The notes: a model not told the origin generated them from the sequence alone. A stretch of 64,000 nucleotides of DNA from Leptolyngbyaceae cyanobacterium (GCA_965263355.1 CBDHHL010000056.1:1376001-1440000), one strand, 5' to 3'. Counted from the first letter of the stretch, positions 41,207 through 51,744 are shown. Translations and numbers: made by a program.

Positions 41207-41331
41207 GGTGAATAGCGAATGTCTTGTATGGGTCTAGTATAGCTGGCGTATCCCCTCAGCCTTTACCCACAACTGGTGCTCTGCCTCCGGCTGAGTATCT
41301 CCCATGGAGCCTCTGGCTCCGTCTTAAATCC

Positions 41332-44289
41332 TTACAAACCATTGCCAATCAAAATAAAGGGAGCCCAATAATAAGGATGGTCAGCACTCGCACTTAGACG
41401 AATTGGCTCTCCCGTCTCGCTATTAACAATATCAATCGCCGCCCTGGGTTCCCCAGCAATCACAGACAAGTCATCCTGAATCAGCGCTAACTGGGCACGA
41501 CGTAGCGCTTCTGCTTTAGGGAAACCTTCACTGAGAGCTAGATAAAACGCATTCATCAAAGCCTGGGTGCCACCATCGTCAACACGCCAGAGAGACGCTA
41601 TAGCAGCTTTGGCTTTAGCGCGTTGGAGCTGATACCCCAGGCCCAGAACTTCAATACCATTGCCCAAATCTATGCCGCCTAAGCCAGTTTGACAGGCACT
41701 TAAAACAACTAAATCAATCCCTGTCAGATCCCAGTTTTCAATCTCTCTAAGTGTAACAACAGTATCATCGCCAAAGAGCAAAAATGAATCGTCAGGCTGA
41801 CCGGAAACAAAGACCCCGTGGGTAGCAAGGTGAATGATATTGTAACGACCTTTTTCTTTGAGTCGGTCTTCTGTTACCTTGCGGCTAAACTCTCGATTAA
41901 TCAAGGTATCAACAGTGGAAATCTGCTCAGTAATTGCATTGACCTCGGTTAGGGTAAAAGGCAAGTCGCTAAACTGATACTGGTTATCACCTACAGTTGG
42001 GCTAAAACTACATTCAGCACAGGCTGCAGCGAGAATACGTTGATCTGTCTGGGGTGGTGTATCAAGACTGCTAACTGATTCAACTGTAATATGACTAATG
42101 GAAAACCGCTCGGCCAACCATTGAGTCCCATCATAAAGAGCGGCTAAGGGGATATAGCGCAGGGCTCCATCGGGAGAATAAACAATAGTTTTAGTATCGA
42201 GCAAAGCTAAGTCGTTCTCAATATCGGCAATCAAATAGTTATAAAGTTTTTGGGCAGCGGATTTGGCATCTTGAGTCGGGTCACGCAGTACATTCCGATA
42301 ATCGAGAATTGCTTTATTGAGATCGTCGGATTTAACGGCGACAGGACGGCGAATCGGTGGGCTATTGGGTGGGATAAGAATTAGCTCCAGGCGATCTTCA
42401 AAGATAAGTGGATAAAGCAGAACGGTATTGGGGAGATTCGCAATGGAGTCTTGCAGCGTCCTGAGGCTGGTTAATTCTATGTTTTGACCGTCGGTTTCGT
42501 TACGTAGTTTCGTTACAGCATCTTTTACCAGGGGATGATTAACAAAATCATTGAAGTTTTTGATCAGTTCGGATTCAGCGTCACCAAATTCGGCTAAAAG
42601 GGCGCTATCTTCTGGTGTACGGTCATTATAAGGAATATCAATAATTCGAGCGATTTCATTATTGACGCTCAGGGTCCTAGTATATAGGTCAATAATGTCT
42701 TCTTCTAGTTGCCAGTAGTTGAGGTCGTTGGTGGTGGTACTGGAGCTGCGTACGTCTTGGAAGTAGTCTTCGAGTTCTTGGGTGCGAAGTAGGTCTAAAA
42801 CAGCCTGGGCTTCGAGGACTCGGTTTTCTTGGAGGAGAAGGTCGGCTAGTTTTCGGTAGGTGTCAGCAACGGTATCAGTGTAGGATTCTTGTTGTTCTTG
42901 GGTGAGTAATTGGTTGCGATCTCGAATGTCTTCATAGACATTAATGGACTGCTTATAAAAAATGATTGCAAGTTCATTAGAGTTTAATGCTTTTAGAGCA
43001 TCAGCAATGCTTGCTAATGAGGTTGCTTCACCTTCTTTGCTTTTATACTGACGATGAACTTGGAGAGCTTGTTGATGAATTTCAACGCTTTCTTCGTATT
43101 CACTCATATAGCTCTTGAGTACTCCGAGCTGATAAAGAAAAAATGCCCTTTGATCGATCAGTTGATCAATGTTCAACACCTTTTCAAGCCAATGAACTGC
43201 AGATTCATAATCTTGCAAACAGATATAAGCTTTAGAAAAGCCATTCATTATCTCATAAGCAGGTTCCCACCAAGAATCTTGTTGCAGGGTTCCTCGTGAC
43301 CTTTCGGCTACTTCAAGATACTTGAGTGCTTCTTCACAACGATTTGATTCAGCTAAAACAATGCCTATATAACCTAAAGAATAGGCTACCGATCTCATTT
43401 CGCTAACACAATTTGAGTCTGTACAGGTTGCACCTGAAATGTGTAGAGCTTGGTTGAGTAAGTTTTGTGCTGCTTCGTACTGCCCCAGTGTTTTATAGAC
43501 CAATGCCATGTGATTTAGTTGCATTGCTCTGAATTGAACTTTATTCTCATGAAAAATAGGAATAGAGCTTTCATCATTGAGAGACACATCAAAAGCCTCT
43601 TGGTAGAAAAGCAATGCTGCATCATAATTACCAAGATAATAGTTGGAAACCCCCAGCCTTTCTAACGTGAGTAAACCTGGCAATCCTTTTGTTTTTTGTT
43701 CTATAAAGTAAATGAGTTCAAGAATATCGATAGCTTCTTGCCAAGACTCTAATCCTTTTGCACTGATAGCCTTGTAAGAAAGATTGTAATCTGAAGCCCA
43801 AAAAAAGAGTTTTAAAGCTCCTATGACCGCATCATACAATCTGTCATCCTCTTTTTGCTCAGCTTGCAGTAAATATTCTTCAAAGTACTTTTTGATCGCA
43901 CTATATTGTTCTCTATCTAATTCTATTCTAGCAACTCTCAAAAGAGTCTCTTGAATCTTTTGAGGCTGTTCTAGCGCAATCAAGACATCTAATAATTCAA
44001 GATATGTCTGAACTGCTTGCTCAAAATCATATTGTCTGCATAATGTTGCTCCTATTTGATTGAGGAGAATGGCTTCCAGATGTCGATCCCCTTCATCTCT
44101 TGCACTTACAAGGGCGTTGGTTAACTCCTTTAAAGTCAGATTGAATTCTGGGCATATTTCTTCTGTAGGTCCACCTATATGAAAAATATCTGAAAATGAT
44201 TTTGCCTCAAATACTGAAGCGGCATAATTTACCTGAGGCATAAGGACTGATATTAGGATTGAGATCGCTATTCCAACCGATTTCAGCAT
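41332..44289 (-). CDS. TPR-CHAT domain protein (caspase-like protease)
   Basis: Signal-like N-terminus, TPR region, PDGALRYIPLAAL, IIHLATHG and LVVLSACQTG (His/Cys dyad), ASLWRVDD, HPYYWAPFILIGNGL. Confidence 0.93.
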   Translation of the reverse strand: MLKSVGIAISILISVLMPQVNYAASVFEAKSFSDIFHIGGPTEEICPEFNLTLKELTNALVSARDEGDRHLEAILLNQIGATLCRQYDFEQAVQTYLELLDVLIALEQPQKIQETLLRVARIELDREQYSAIKKYFEEYLLQAEQKEDDRLYDAVIGALKLFFWASDYNLSYKAISAKGLESWQEAIDILELIYFIEQKTKGLPGLLTLERLGVSNYYLGNYDAALLFYQEAFDVSLNDESSIPIFHENKVQFRAMQLNHMALVYKTLGQYEAAQNLLNQALHISGATCTDSNCVSEMRSVAYSLGYIGIVLAESNRCEEALKYLEVAERSRGTLQQDSWWEPAYEIMNGFSKAYICLQDYESAVHWLEKVLNIDQLIDQRAFFLYQLGVLKSYMSEYEESVEIHQQALQVHRQYKSKEGEATSLASIADALKALNSNELAIIFYKQSINVYEDIRDRNQLLTQEQQESYTDTVADTYRKLADLLLQENRVLEAQAVLDLLRTQELEDYFQDVRSSSTTTNDLNYWQLEEDIIDLYTRTLSVNNEIARIIDIPYNDRTPEDSALLAEFGDAESELIKNFNDFVNHPLVKDAVTKLRNETDGQNIELTSLRTLQDSIANLPNTVLLYPLIFEDRLELILIPPNSPPIRRPVAVKSDDLNKAILDYRNVLRDPTQDAKSAAQKLYNYLIADIENDLALLDTKTIVYSPDGALRYIPLAALYDGTQWLAERFSISHITVESVSSLDTPPQTDQRILAAACAECSFSPTVGDNQYQFSDLPFTLTEVNAITEQISTVDTLINREFSRKVTEDRLKEKGRYNIIHLATHGVFVSGQPDDSFLLFGDDTVVTLREIENWDLTGIDLVVLSACQTGLGGIDLGNGIEVLGLGYQLQRAKAKAAIASLWRVDDGGTQALMNAFYLALSEGFPKAEALRRAQLALIQDDLSVIAGEPRAAIDIVNSETGEPIRLSASADHPYYWAPFILIGNGL

Positions 44290-44341
44290 GACTGAGAAAT
44301 CCTATTGAATAACTCAATTATGGGAAAGCTTATTCTCATGT

Positions 44342-44581
44342 TTAATCTATCCCTTGAGCCACATCTCCTAAATACCTCTGCACAAATGTTTCAGCCGCCT
44401 CCGAATTCAGAGAGCGCAAAGCCTTAACAATATCCACCAACGTCTCAGACGTCGGATCCCGCATTTCATGCACCCAACGATACACATTCGTCCGCTCGAT
44501 ACCCAACGTGGCAGCGAGGCTGTATTGACTAATATCGTAGGTCTCTAAAACCTGCTTTAAAACGCGTCCAGCTTTTCCCAT
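44342..44581 (-). CDS. XRE-family helix-turn-helix transcriptional regulator
   Basis: LKQVLETYDISQYSLAATLGIERTNVYRWVHEMRDP. Confidence 0.88.
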   Translation of the reverse strand: MGKAGRVLKQVLETYDISQYSLAATLGIERTNVYRWVHEMRDPTSETLVDIVKALRSLNSEAAETFVQRYLGDVAQGID

Positions 44582-44617
44582 GACACATATCGTGTCAGAG
44601 GATCATCCACCACAAAA

Positions 44618-44683
44618 GTATACCTACTAGTTGACGCATACCTAATGGACAACTAAGCTAAAAGCGTAAACCATTAGGCATAC
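44618..44683. promoter_or_regulatory. Sigma70-type promoter (TTGACG-N17-TAAGCT) overlapped by three 18-bp operator-like repeats
   Basis: -35 at 44631-36 and -10 at 44654-59; repeats GTATACCTACTAGTTGAC (44618), GCATACCTAATGGACAAC (44636) and inverted GTATGCCTAATGGTTTAC (44666-83). Confidence 0.65.
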
Positions 44684-44965
44684 ATGTTAACTATGCAACT
44701 CCAAAGCTTTTTAGCCTTGCCTGATCCTGCCATTTCTCCCGAGTCAGCCCTCCAGCTCTACTCAGTTCCCAAACCCGATCGCGAGCCTGTCAAAATCCTC
44801 ATCATCGGTTCCCAGCCAGCTGTTAATACCATTATCCACAGCCTCCACCATCATCACTTTGCCGAACCCTTCGAATGGACTCCATTTCTGCCAACAGAAC
44901 GCCCAATTCAGCTTCAGGCCGGAGAGTCGATGCGATCGCTAATAAAATACCTACCCCGTCAGTAA
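44684..44965 (+). CDS. Conserved cyanobacterial hypothetical protein, divergent from the XRE regulator
   Basis: REPVKILIIGS...IIHSLH...FAEPFEWTP motif; strong upstream promoter. Confidence 0.7.
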   Translation: MLTMQLQSFLALPDPAISPESALQLYSVPKPDREPVKILIIGSQPAVNTIIHSLHHHHFAEPFEWTPFLPTERPIQLQAGESMRSLIKYLPRQ

Positions 44966-45126
44966 ACTATTGCAAGCTTTTCCCAGCTCCCCTATGATTT
45001 TCTGGTTTAGCCCATACAGCCCATGGGCCAAGAGGTTCAGGTTGTGTACTCAGCAAGATACAGAGCTTCGCTATAGTAAAGCAAATTCCGTGTTTTGGAG
45101 CCTTGGGCTAAAAAGCTGAGTAAATA

Positions 45127-45762
45127 ATGGCTAACCTGCAACTTCTAGATCCTGAGCGTTCCTATACCGTTCGGTCATACTTTGAAATGCCCTATGACCC
45201 AGAGGACATTCTGGCCGAATTTGGCTACCGCCTAAAAAAATCACGGCTCGTCTTACCTCAAGGACAGCGCATTTTGCCCCAACTCACCGAATTACAGCAG
45301 CGAATTGAACGCACATTACCCGTTGTCAGTTTAACTAGTGAAACCGCCCGTCGAGAAGCCTTAGTCGCCCCTATCCTGATAGACGTCGCTGCTTTCTGCA
45401 ATTGTCAGCTCAAAATCGAATATCCCCTTAACGTCAGTCAATGGCTCAAAGGTAATTTAGATTATTTACTGCGTTCTGACCACGAATTTCTAATTATTGA
45501 AGCAAAAAACGATGACTTATCGCGAGGATTCACCCAGTTAGCAGTCGAGTTAATCGCCCTAGCACAACAACAAGACTCATCAGCACCCTTGTTTGGAGCC
45601 GTGACCATCGGCGAAGTCTGGCGGTTTGGCCAGCTAGATCCTCAACAACAACTAATCATCCAAGATTTAGAACTGTTCAAATTACCAGGGGATTTAGACA
45701 GCCTAGTGTCTGTACTCATTGGCATTATAGAAACACACCCCAATGCCTTATATGAAAGTTAG
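45127..45762 (+). CDS. PD-(D/E)XK-fold / HsdR-N-like hypothetical protein
   Basis: SETARREALVAPIL, GNLDYLL, IIEAK, TQLAVELIA, GAVTIGEVWRFG. Confidence 0.7.
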   Translation: MANLQLLDPERSYTVRSYFEMPYDPEDILAEFGYRLKKSRLVLPQGQRILPQLTELQQRIERTLPVVSLTSETARREALVAPILIDVAAFCNCQLKIEYPLNVSQWLKGNLDYLLRSDHEFLIIEAKNDDLSRGFTQLAVELIALAQQQDSSAPLFGAVTIGEVWRFGQLDPQQQLIIQDLELFKLPGDLDSLVSVLIGIIETHPNALYES

Positions 45763-45773
45763 TCGCCGTCTAC

Positions 45774-46520
45774 TCACCCCATACTCAAAACCTGACACAG
45801 CTTGTAAAACAACGGTGTTAACAACAATGCGGGCAAAAATGATGCCACTCGAATGGTTGTTACCTTCAATAAATTTAAGCCCAACCCTAGAATAATCACG
45901 CCACCGACGCCGGTTACCAACAAAATGCTGGGCGAAGATGCTGGATCGCCAATCCCGCTAGCCAACAACCCTGCCAACAATGACATTCCACCCTGGTAAA
46001 TAATCACGGGCAACACCGAAAACCCGACGCCAATGCCATAACTGCCGGTCAACGCAATCGACACCAAACCATCCATGGTGCCCTTAATGATCAAAATAGT
46101 GCCATCACCGCTAAGACCGTTGTTGAGACTCCCCAAAATTGTCATGGGGCCAATGCAAAACAACAAACTGGCGGCCACAAACCCTTCAGTAAACTGACCA
46201 CCGCCACCAAATTTAGCTTTTAGGCCATCGCCAATGGCCACGAGACGCTGTTCCACTTGCCACCATTCCCCGAGTAGACCGCCCATCACTAAGGCAACCA
46301 GTCCGACGATGACACCTGCGATCGCACCCGCATCCACCTCAATCAACGGCTGCGCCATCTGCATCCCAATAAATAGTGTAATCAGCCCCACTGCCTGAGT
46401 AATCACATCCTGCATCGCACGGGGTAATCGCCCCCGCAGGATAAGCCCGATTATCGTCCCCAATAATACCAACGCCACATTAATCCAGGTGCCACTTGTC
46501 TTTGCCCATAGGCTTAGCAT
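45774..46520 (-). CDS. DUF554 family membrane protein
   Basis: GTWINV, EGFVAASLLFCIGPMTILGS, KGTMDG. Confidence 0.9.
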   Translation of the reverse strand: MLSLWAKTSGTWINVALVLLGTIIGLILRGRLPRAMQDVITQAVGLITLFIGMQMAQPLIEVDAGAIAGVIVGLVALVMGGLLGEWWQVEQRLVAIGDGLKAKFGGGGQFTEGFVAASLLFCIGPMTILGSLNNGLSGDGTILIIKGTMDGLVSIALTGSYGIGVGFSVLPVIIYQGGMSLLAGLLASGIGDPASSPSILLVTGVGGVIILGLGLNLLKVTTIRVASFLPALLLTPLFYKLCQVLSMG

Positions 46521-46585
46521 TGCACTTTAGAGTCCCCAGCCCCACAATAAATAGAAATAATACCGCCTATATTTTTAATCGTTTT

Positions 46586-47542
46586 ATGGTTTCCGTTAGT
46601 CTGCTTCGAGCCACTAGTTACAATGTCGAAGAATTAGAACAAAAACTGCACACCCTACTGGTACCCCTGGGCGGCATGGAAGCCTACGTCAAACCAGGTC
46701 AGCGGGTACTGCTCAAGCCTAATTTACTCACAGGTGCACGGCCCACAAAAGAATGCACCACTCGTCCAGAAATCGTCTACTGCGTTGCCAAACTAGTCCA
46801 AGCAGTCGGCGGTAAACCATTTCTGGGCGATAGCCCCGCCTTTGGTAGTGCCCATGGTGTAGCCAAAGCCAATGGCTTACTGCAATGGGCTCAAAAACTA
46901 GACCTGCCGATTGTGGAACTCCACGGTAAACGTTACAAGCTTGAACAAGACAGCAACTTTGACAACCTACTACTGTCTAAAGAAGCCATGGAAGCCGATG
47001 TGGTGATCAATCTGCCTAAGGTTAAATCCCACATGCAACTAACCCTTACCCTGGGTGTAAAAAATCTCTTTGGCTGCGTACCCGGCAAAATGAAAGCCTG
47101 GTGGCATATGGAAGCAGGTAAAGACCGTGAGCGATTTGCACAAATGCTGGTGGAAACTGCCCAAACCATTAATCCGGACCTAACGATTTTGGATGGCATC
47201 ATCGGGCACGAAGGGAATGGACCTAGCGGGGGTGAACCAAGACTTCTGGGGGTACTGGGAGCATCCCCCAATGTCTATGCCCTGGACCGAGCCATGGTGG
47301 ACGTACTTCAAGTACCTCCATCACAAATACCAACGGTTGCCGCATCCCAACGATTAGGACTTTGCCCCAATGCCATTGAGTTTGTTCTACAGTCACCGTC
47401 TGACCTATGCATCGATAACTGGCAACTCCCTGAAAAACTAATGCCCATTGACTTTGGCATGCCTCGGGTGCTCAAATCCACCTTTAAGCACCTATATATC
47501 CGTTTTATCAAAGAGCCTATGGCAGCCTATGCGCAGCGTTAA
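46586..47542 (+). CDS. DUF362 domain protein
   Basis: VLLKPNLL, GDSPAFG, INLPKVKSH, GVKNLFGCVPG, DGIIGHEGNGP; ATG 46586 preferred. Confidence 0.9.
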   Translation: MVSVSLLRATSYNVEELEQKLHTLLVPLGGMEAYVKPGQRVLLKPNLLTGARPTKECTTRPEIVYCVAKLVQAVGGKPFLGDSPAFGSAHGVAKANGLLQWAQKLDLPIVELHGKRYKLEQDSNFDNLLLSKEAMEADVVINLPKVKSHMQLTLTLGVKNLFGCVPGKMKAWWHMEAGKDRERFAQMLVETAQTINPDLTILDGIIGHEGNGPSGGEPRLLGVLGASPNVYALDRAMVDVLQVPPSQIPTVAASQRLGLCPNAIEFVLQSPSDLCIDNWQLPEKLMPIDFGMPRVLKSTFKHLYIRFIKEPMAAYAQR

Positions 47543-47637
47543 ATTATTCAGCCACTCAGCAAACAGGGGATGCAATGATCGCATCCCCCATCAGCATTGC
47601 TTCAGTTAACTAGAAATAAGTCAACAAAAGTGAGTAA

Positions 47638-48063
47638 CTAGAAGCCAGCCGTCGTTCTTTTCATATTCTTTGCCATTGTCTTAAAGGGGGACATGCTAGG
47701 ACCAGGGCGACGCCGACTTGCTTTAGCTACTGGTGTAGTGTAATCAAAGGTAGGAACTGATTCTGATTCAGTAGCTGATGGTTGATTGGCCGAAGCCGCT
47801 AACGCTGTGCGAATTAGTTCTACAGGATCTGAAATAGACGGCGCTGGAGCAGAAGTAGCAGGTGCTGTCACTTTTTCGCCCTTCTTCTTACTCTTTTCTA
47901 CTTCTGGTTGTGCCGCCGGAGCTTCAGATTGTACTACAGCTTTTGGTGCTGCCACAGGTGCAGCAGCAGGTGCTGGTGGCGGCTCAGGAACGGCTGCTAC
48001 GTCATCTTCAGACAGTTCTAAATAGAATTCAGACTTTTTCTTTCCAAAAAGTTTGCCCAGCAC
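47638..48063 (-). CDS. apcG: Phycobilisome core linker ApcG (Sll1873-like)
   Basis: N-terminus MLGKLFGKKKSEFYLEL, disordered Pro/Ala middle, C-terminal RRRPGPSMSPFKTMA containing the FxxM motif. Confidence 0.8.
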   Translation of the reverse strand: MLGKLFGKKKSEFYLELSEDDVAAVPEPPPAPAAAPVAAPKAVVQSEAPAAQPEVEKSKKKGEKVTAPATSAPAPSISDPVELIRTALAASANQPSATESESVPTFDYTTPVAKASRRRPGPSMSPFKTMAKNMKRTTAGF

Positions 48064-48331
48064 TCTAACTACGCTCCTAATCGAACAGCAATGTGGTTGC
48101 TAATTTAAGGAAATACCTTAAATCACAGATTAAGTTATTTCGAGAATCAGCAACGTTCAGCAATAAATACACCGAAACTTATCGGTAACTACAACCTTGC
48201 AGCACTGTAGATACAATCATTATCAAAGTTGACGCTTGTGAGACGCAAGGAAGCGTTAAATCTGTTTACAATTATCAACATTTTTCTTATTTAAGCGATG
48301 TCTTTCTGAAAACGTCCAAATCAAACCCATC

Positions 48332-48369
48332 AAAAATGGCTTCCCACATTATTTACAGGAAGCCATTTT
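48332..48369 (-). terminator. Terminator downstream of clpC
   Basis: AAAATGGCTTCC/GGAAGCCATTTT stem. Confidence 0.65.
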
Positions 48370-48398
48370 ATAACTTGCTTAATAATTGGACAAAAGAA

Positions 48399-50867
48399 TT
48401 AATCCGCGCCCTGGGTCAGCAGCTCACGCTTTTCTTTTTGGGCAATCACAACCTTGCCTTTCTCATCGACATCGACAACAGCGGTATCACCCTCCTTCAA
48501 ACGGCTAGATAGGATTTCCTCAGCCAAGGTATCCTCCAGCAGACGCATGATGGCACGCCGCAATGGTCGAGCGCCGTAGCTGGGGTTGTACCCCTCTTCA
48601 ACTAGACGCTCCTTAAATTTATCGGTCACCTCTAAGGTGATCCCCTGTTCGGTTAACCGACCAAATACTTCCTTAAGCAGGATATCGGAAATTTCCTTAA
48701 CCTCAGGCTTGGTGAGTTGACGGAAGACAATAATCTCGTCCAAACGGTTCAAGAACTCAGGGCGGAAGTATTGCTTAAGTTCCTCGTTAACCAGGGAACG
48801 AATGCGGTTGTACTGCGATTCAGCGGCGTCTTCCTCTAGCTCAAAGCCAAGGCCACCGCCTCCTTTCTCGATTACCTTAGAACCAATATTAGAGGTCAGA
48901 ATCAATAGGGTGTTCTTGAAGTCCACCGTACGCCCTTTGGCATCGGTCAAGCGACCATCTTCCAAAATCTGCAACAGCATGTTGAAGACATCGGGGTGGG
49001 CTTTTTCGATTTCGTCAAAGAGGACAACGGTGTAAGGACGACGACGAACGGCCTCGGTCAGCTGGCCACCTTCGCTATAACCGACGTAGCCCGGAGGGGA
49101 ACCAATCAGCTTAGAAACAGTGTGGCGCTCCATAAACTCGGACATGTCAAGGCGAATCATCGCCTCTTCAGACCCAAAGAAGTAAGCGGCCAATGCCTTG
49201 GTTAATTCTGTCTTACCAACACCGGTAGGCCCAGAGAATACAAAGCTCGCAATGGGGCGGTTGGGATTCTTTAGACCCACACGGGCACGGCGAATTGCTC
49301 GAGAAATCGCCTTCACGGCTTCATCCTGACCGATAACGCGCTGATGCAGCGTATCTTCCATATTGAGCAGCTTCTCAGACTCGGTCTCAGTTAGTTTATT
49401 AACTGGTACACCAGTCCATGACGCGACGATATGGGCAATGTCTTCCTCTGTGACGACGGGAGATTCAGGAGTGCTGGCGTCATCGGTGCGCTTGCTCTGG
49501 GCAATCGCTCGAATTTCAGCCTTGATTTCCATTTCGCGATCGCGTAACTCCCCGGCCTTATCAAAGTCCTGAGACCGCACCGCGTTGTCCTTATCTTTGA
49601 GCACACCGCGCAGTTCGCGATCGAGTTCCTTTGCTGCCGGTGGTAGCTGAGAGTTAATCAACCGCACCCGTGACCCCGCTTCGTCAACTAAGTCGATAGC
49701 CTTGTCAGGCAAATAGCGGTCAGAAATATAGCGATCAGCCAGCTTAGCGGCAGCTTCTAAGGACTCATCCAAAATCTTGAGCTTATGATGCTGTTCGTAA
49801 CGATCGCGCAAACCATGCAGAATTTCAATGGTCTCTTCAACAGTGGGCTCACCGACCATCACTGGCTGAAAACGACGCTCTAAAGCAGCATCCCGTTCAA
49901 TATGCTTACGGTATTCATCTAGGGTGGTAGCACCGATACACTGTAGCTCACCGCGAGCCAATGCAGGCTTCAAGATGTTGGCCGCATCAATGGCTCCTTC
50001 AGCTGCCCCTGCACCGATCAGCGTATGAACCTCATCAATCACAAGAATGACATTCGCTGCAGAACGAATCTCATCCATGATCTTCTTCAAACGTTCTTCA
50101 AATTCTCCTCGATACTTAGTACCGGCCACCAGTAATCCAATATCTAGGGTGACTACTCGCTTTTCTTCGAGGATATCGGGTACATCACCATTGGCAATAC
50201 GCTGGGCTAACCCTTCAGCAATAGCGGTTTTACCCACACCTGGTTCACCAATTAAAACGGGATTATTTTTGGTACGACGACCCAGGATTTGGATCACCCG
50301 CTCAATTTCTTTTTGACGACCTACAACCGGGTCTAACTTGCCCTCAGATGCCATTTGGGTCAAATTAGAGCCAAATTCATCAAGGGTAGGCGTCTTAGTC
50401 CGGCCCTGACTGCCACCGGTAGACACTTCGGCAGTCTCACCCAGCATCCGAATCACCTGCGTGCGGACCTTAGATAGGTCAACACCAAGGTTTTCAAGGA
50501 CACGAGCAGCAACGCCTTCGCCTTCACGAATTAAACCGAGTAGCAAATGCTCGGTACCAATATAGTTATGACCTAGCTGACGGGCCTCTTCCAAGGAAAG
50601 CTCCAACACCCGCTTAGCACGAGGTGTGAAGGGAATCTCTACAGCAACAAACCCGGAACCACGACCGATAATCTTTTCAACTTCGATCCGAGCGTCTTTT
50701 AGATTTACCCCCATGGATTTCAGAACTTTGGCGGCTACGCCGGTTCCTTCTCCAATGAGACCGAGAAGGATTTGCTCAGTACCCACAAAATTGTGACCCA
50801 GGCGGCGGGCCTCTTCTTGGGCGAGCATGATCACCTTAATGGCTTTTTCTGTAAAGCGTTCAAACAT
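48399..50867 (-). CDS. clpC: ATP-dependent Clp protease ATP-binding subunit ClpC
   Basis: [31 protein letters not shown], two AAA+ modules ([16 protein letters not shown]), UVR motif, LGF ClpP-docking loop. Confidence 0.98.
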   Translation of the reverse strand: MFERFTEKAIKVIMLAQEEARRLGHNFVGTEQILLGLIGEGTGVAAKVLKSMGVNLKDARIEVEKIIGRGSGFVAVEIPFTPRAKRVLELSLEEARQLGHNYIGTEHLLLGLIREGEGVAARVLENLGVDLSKVRTQVIRMLGETAEVSTGGSQGRTKTPTLDEFGSNLTQMASEGKLDPVVGRQKEIERVIQILGRRTKNNPVLIGEPGVGKTAIAEGLAQRIANGDVPDILEEKRVVTLDIGLLVAGTKYRGEFEERLKKIMDEIRSAANVILVIDEVHTLIGAGAAEGAIDAANILKPALARGELQCIGATTLDEYRKHIERDAALERRFQPVMVGEPTVEETIEILHGLRDRYEQHHKLKILDESLEAAAKLADRYISDRYLPDKAIDLVDEAGSRVRLINSQLPPAAKELDRELRGVLKDKDNAVRSQDFDKAGELRDREMEIKAEIRAIAQSKRTDDASTPESPVVTEEDIAHIVASWTGVPVNKLTETESEKLLNMEDTLHQRVIGQDEAVKAISRAIRRARVGLKNPNRPIASFVFSGPTGVGKTELTKALAAYFFGSEEAMIRLDMSEFMERHTVSKLIGSPPGYVGYSEGGQLTEAVRRRPYTVVLFDEIEKAHPDVFNMLLQILEDGRLTDAKGRTVDFKNTLLILTSNIGSKVIEKGGGGLGFELEEDAAESQYNRIRSLVNEELKQYFRPEFLNRLDEIIVFRQLTKPEVKEISDILLKEVFGRLTEQGITLEVTDKFKERLVEEGYNPSYGARPLRRAIMRLLEDTLAEEILSSRLKEGDTAVVDVDEKGKVVIAQKEKRELLTQGAD

Positions 50868-51192
50868 GGCGGCTTTTCATCACCTGGCTTGTGCGGAGTT
50901 GACCTGATTCTAGCACAGCCATTTTTGGTGAAACTGTGCCGGTATTCACGACTTGCAATGGATTTGACAACCAAAAAAGACTGACTTGAACAAAATTTTG
51001 GCCGATGGCGTCTTGAAGTTGAGTTGGATTTGCCTTAGTCGCCCTAGCTACATCGTGCACCACTGAGTACTGAGTCTCTTAACCTGGATTTAAGAGTAAC
51101 CCAGTCCTAGTTTGGTAACCAAATGCCTTGAATTTAGATATTTTGACTGACGACTTATTTTCAGCATCATACACATAAATATTTAATACGTA

Positions 51193-51744
51193 TTAATGAG
51201 TATTCTTTACATGGGAAACCCACTGATATTGATGCTTAACCAACGTTTCTTTGCATTCCTGTTCTAAGGTTGCTAACCCTTGCAAGCACTCGGATGTTTG
51301 TAATTGACTACGCCACAAAATCAGTGCGTCCTCGTCATCTTGGTAATAACGTTTACGGCGTCCTGCTGTTTTGAAGCCAAATTTTTGGTATAGGTCCAAT
51401 GCTCGGTAGTTAGAGGCACGTACCTCCAGGGTGGCGTGGGTAAGCCCACGGTGATGAGCTAGCTGTAATAGCAGCAGCAGCAACAGCTGCCCTAAATATT
51501 GGCGACGATACTCAGGATGAATCGCTAAGGTAGTGATGTGGGCTTCATCGACAATTGCCCACACACATCCCAGACCAATCACTTGGTCATCAATTAATAG
51601 CACTAGCAAATCGCTATTAGGACTTTCAATTTCACGCTGATAGCCCGCTGCGGTCCACATCCCCCCTAAGCAAATTTGATCCAGGGCAAGCACCGCAGGC
51701 ACCAGGTCATTGGTCAAAACTTGGCAAATTAATGGTGTCGTCAT
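51193..51744 (-). CDS. rimI: Ribosomal protein S18 alanine N-acetyltransferase
   Basis: EAHITTLAIHP, TLEVRASN, LYQKFGF...RKRYY..EDA. Confidence 0.9.
   Translation of the reverse strand: MTTPLICQVLTNDLVPAVLALDQICLGGMWTAAGYQREIESPNSDLLVLLIDDQVIGLGCVWAIVDEAHITTLAIHPEYRRQYLGQLLLLLLLQLAHHRGLTHATLEVRASNYRALDLYQKFGFKTAGRRKRYYQDDEDALILWRSQLQTSECLQGLATLEQECKETLVKHQYQWVSHVKNTH

Noticed and set aside
41332..44289. Absence of HIP1 sites in the CHAT gene and ung islet as evidence of foreign origin
   Set aside because: At roughly one HIP1 per 3 kb, gaps of this size are expected by chance
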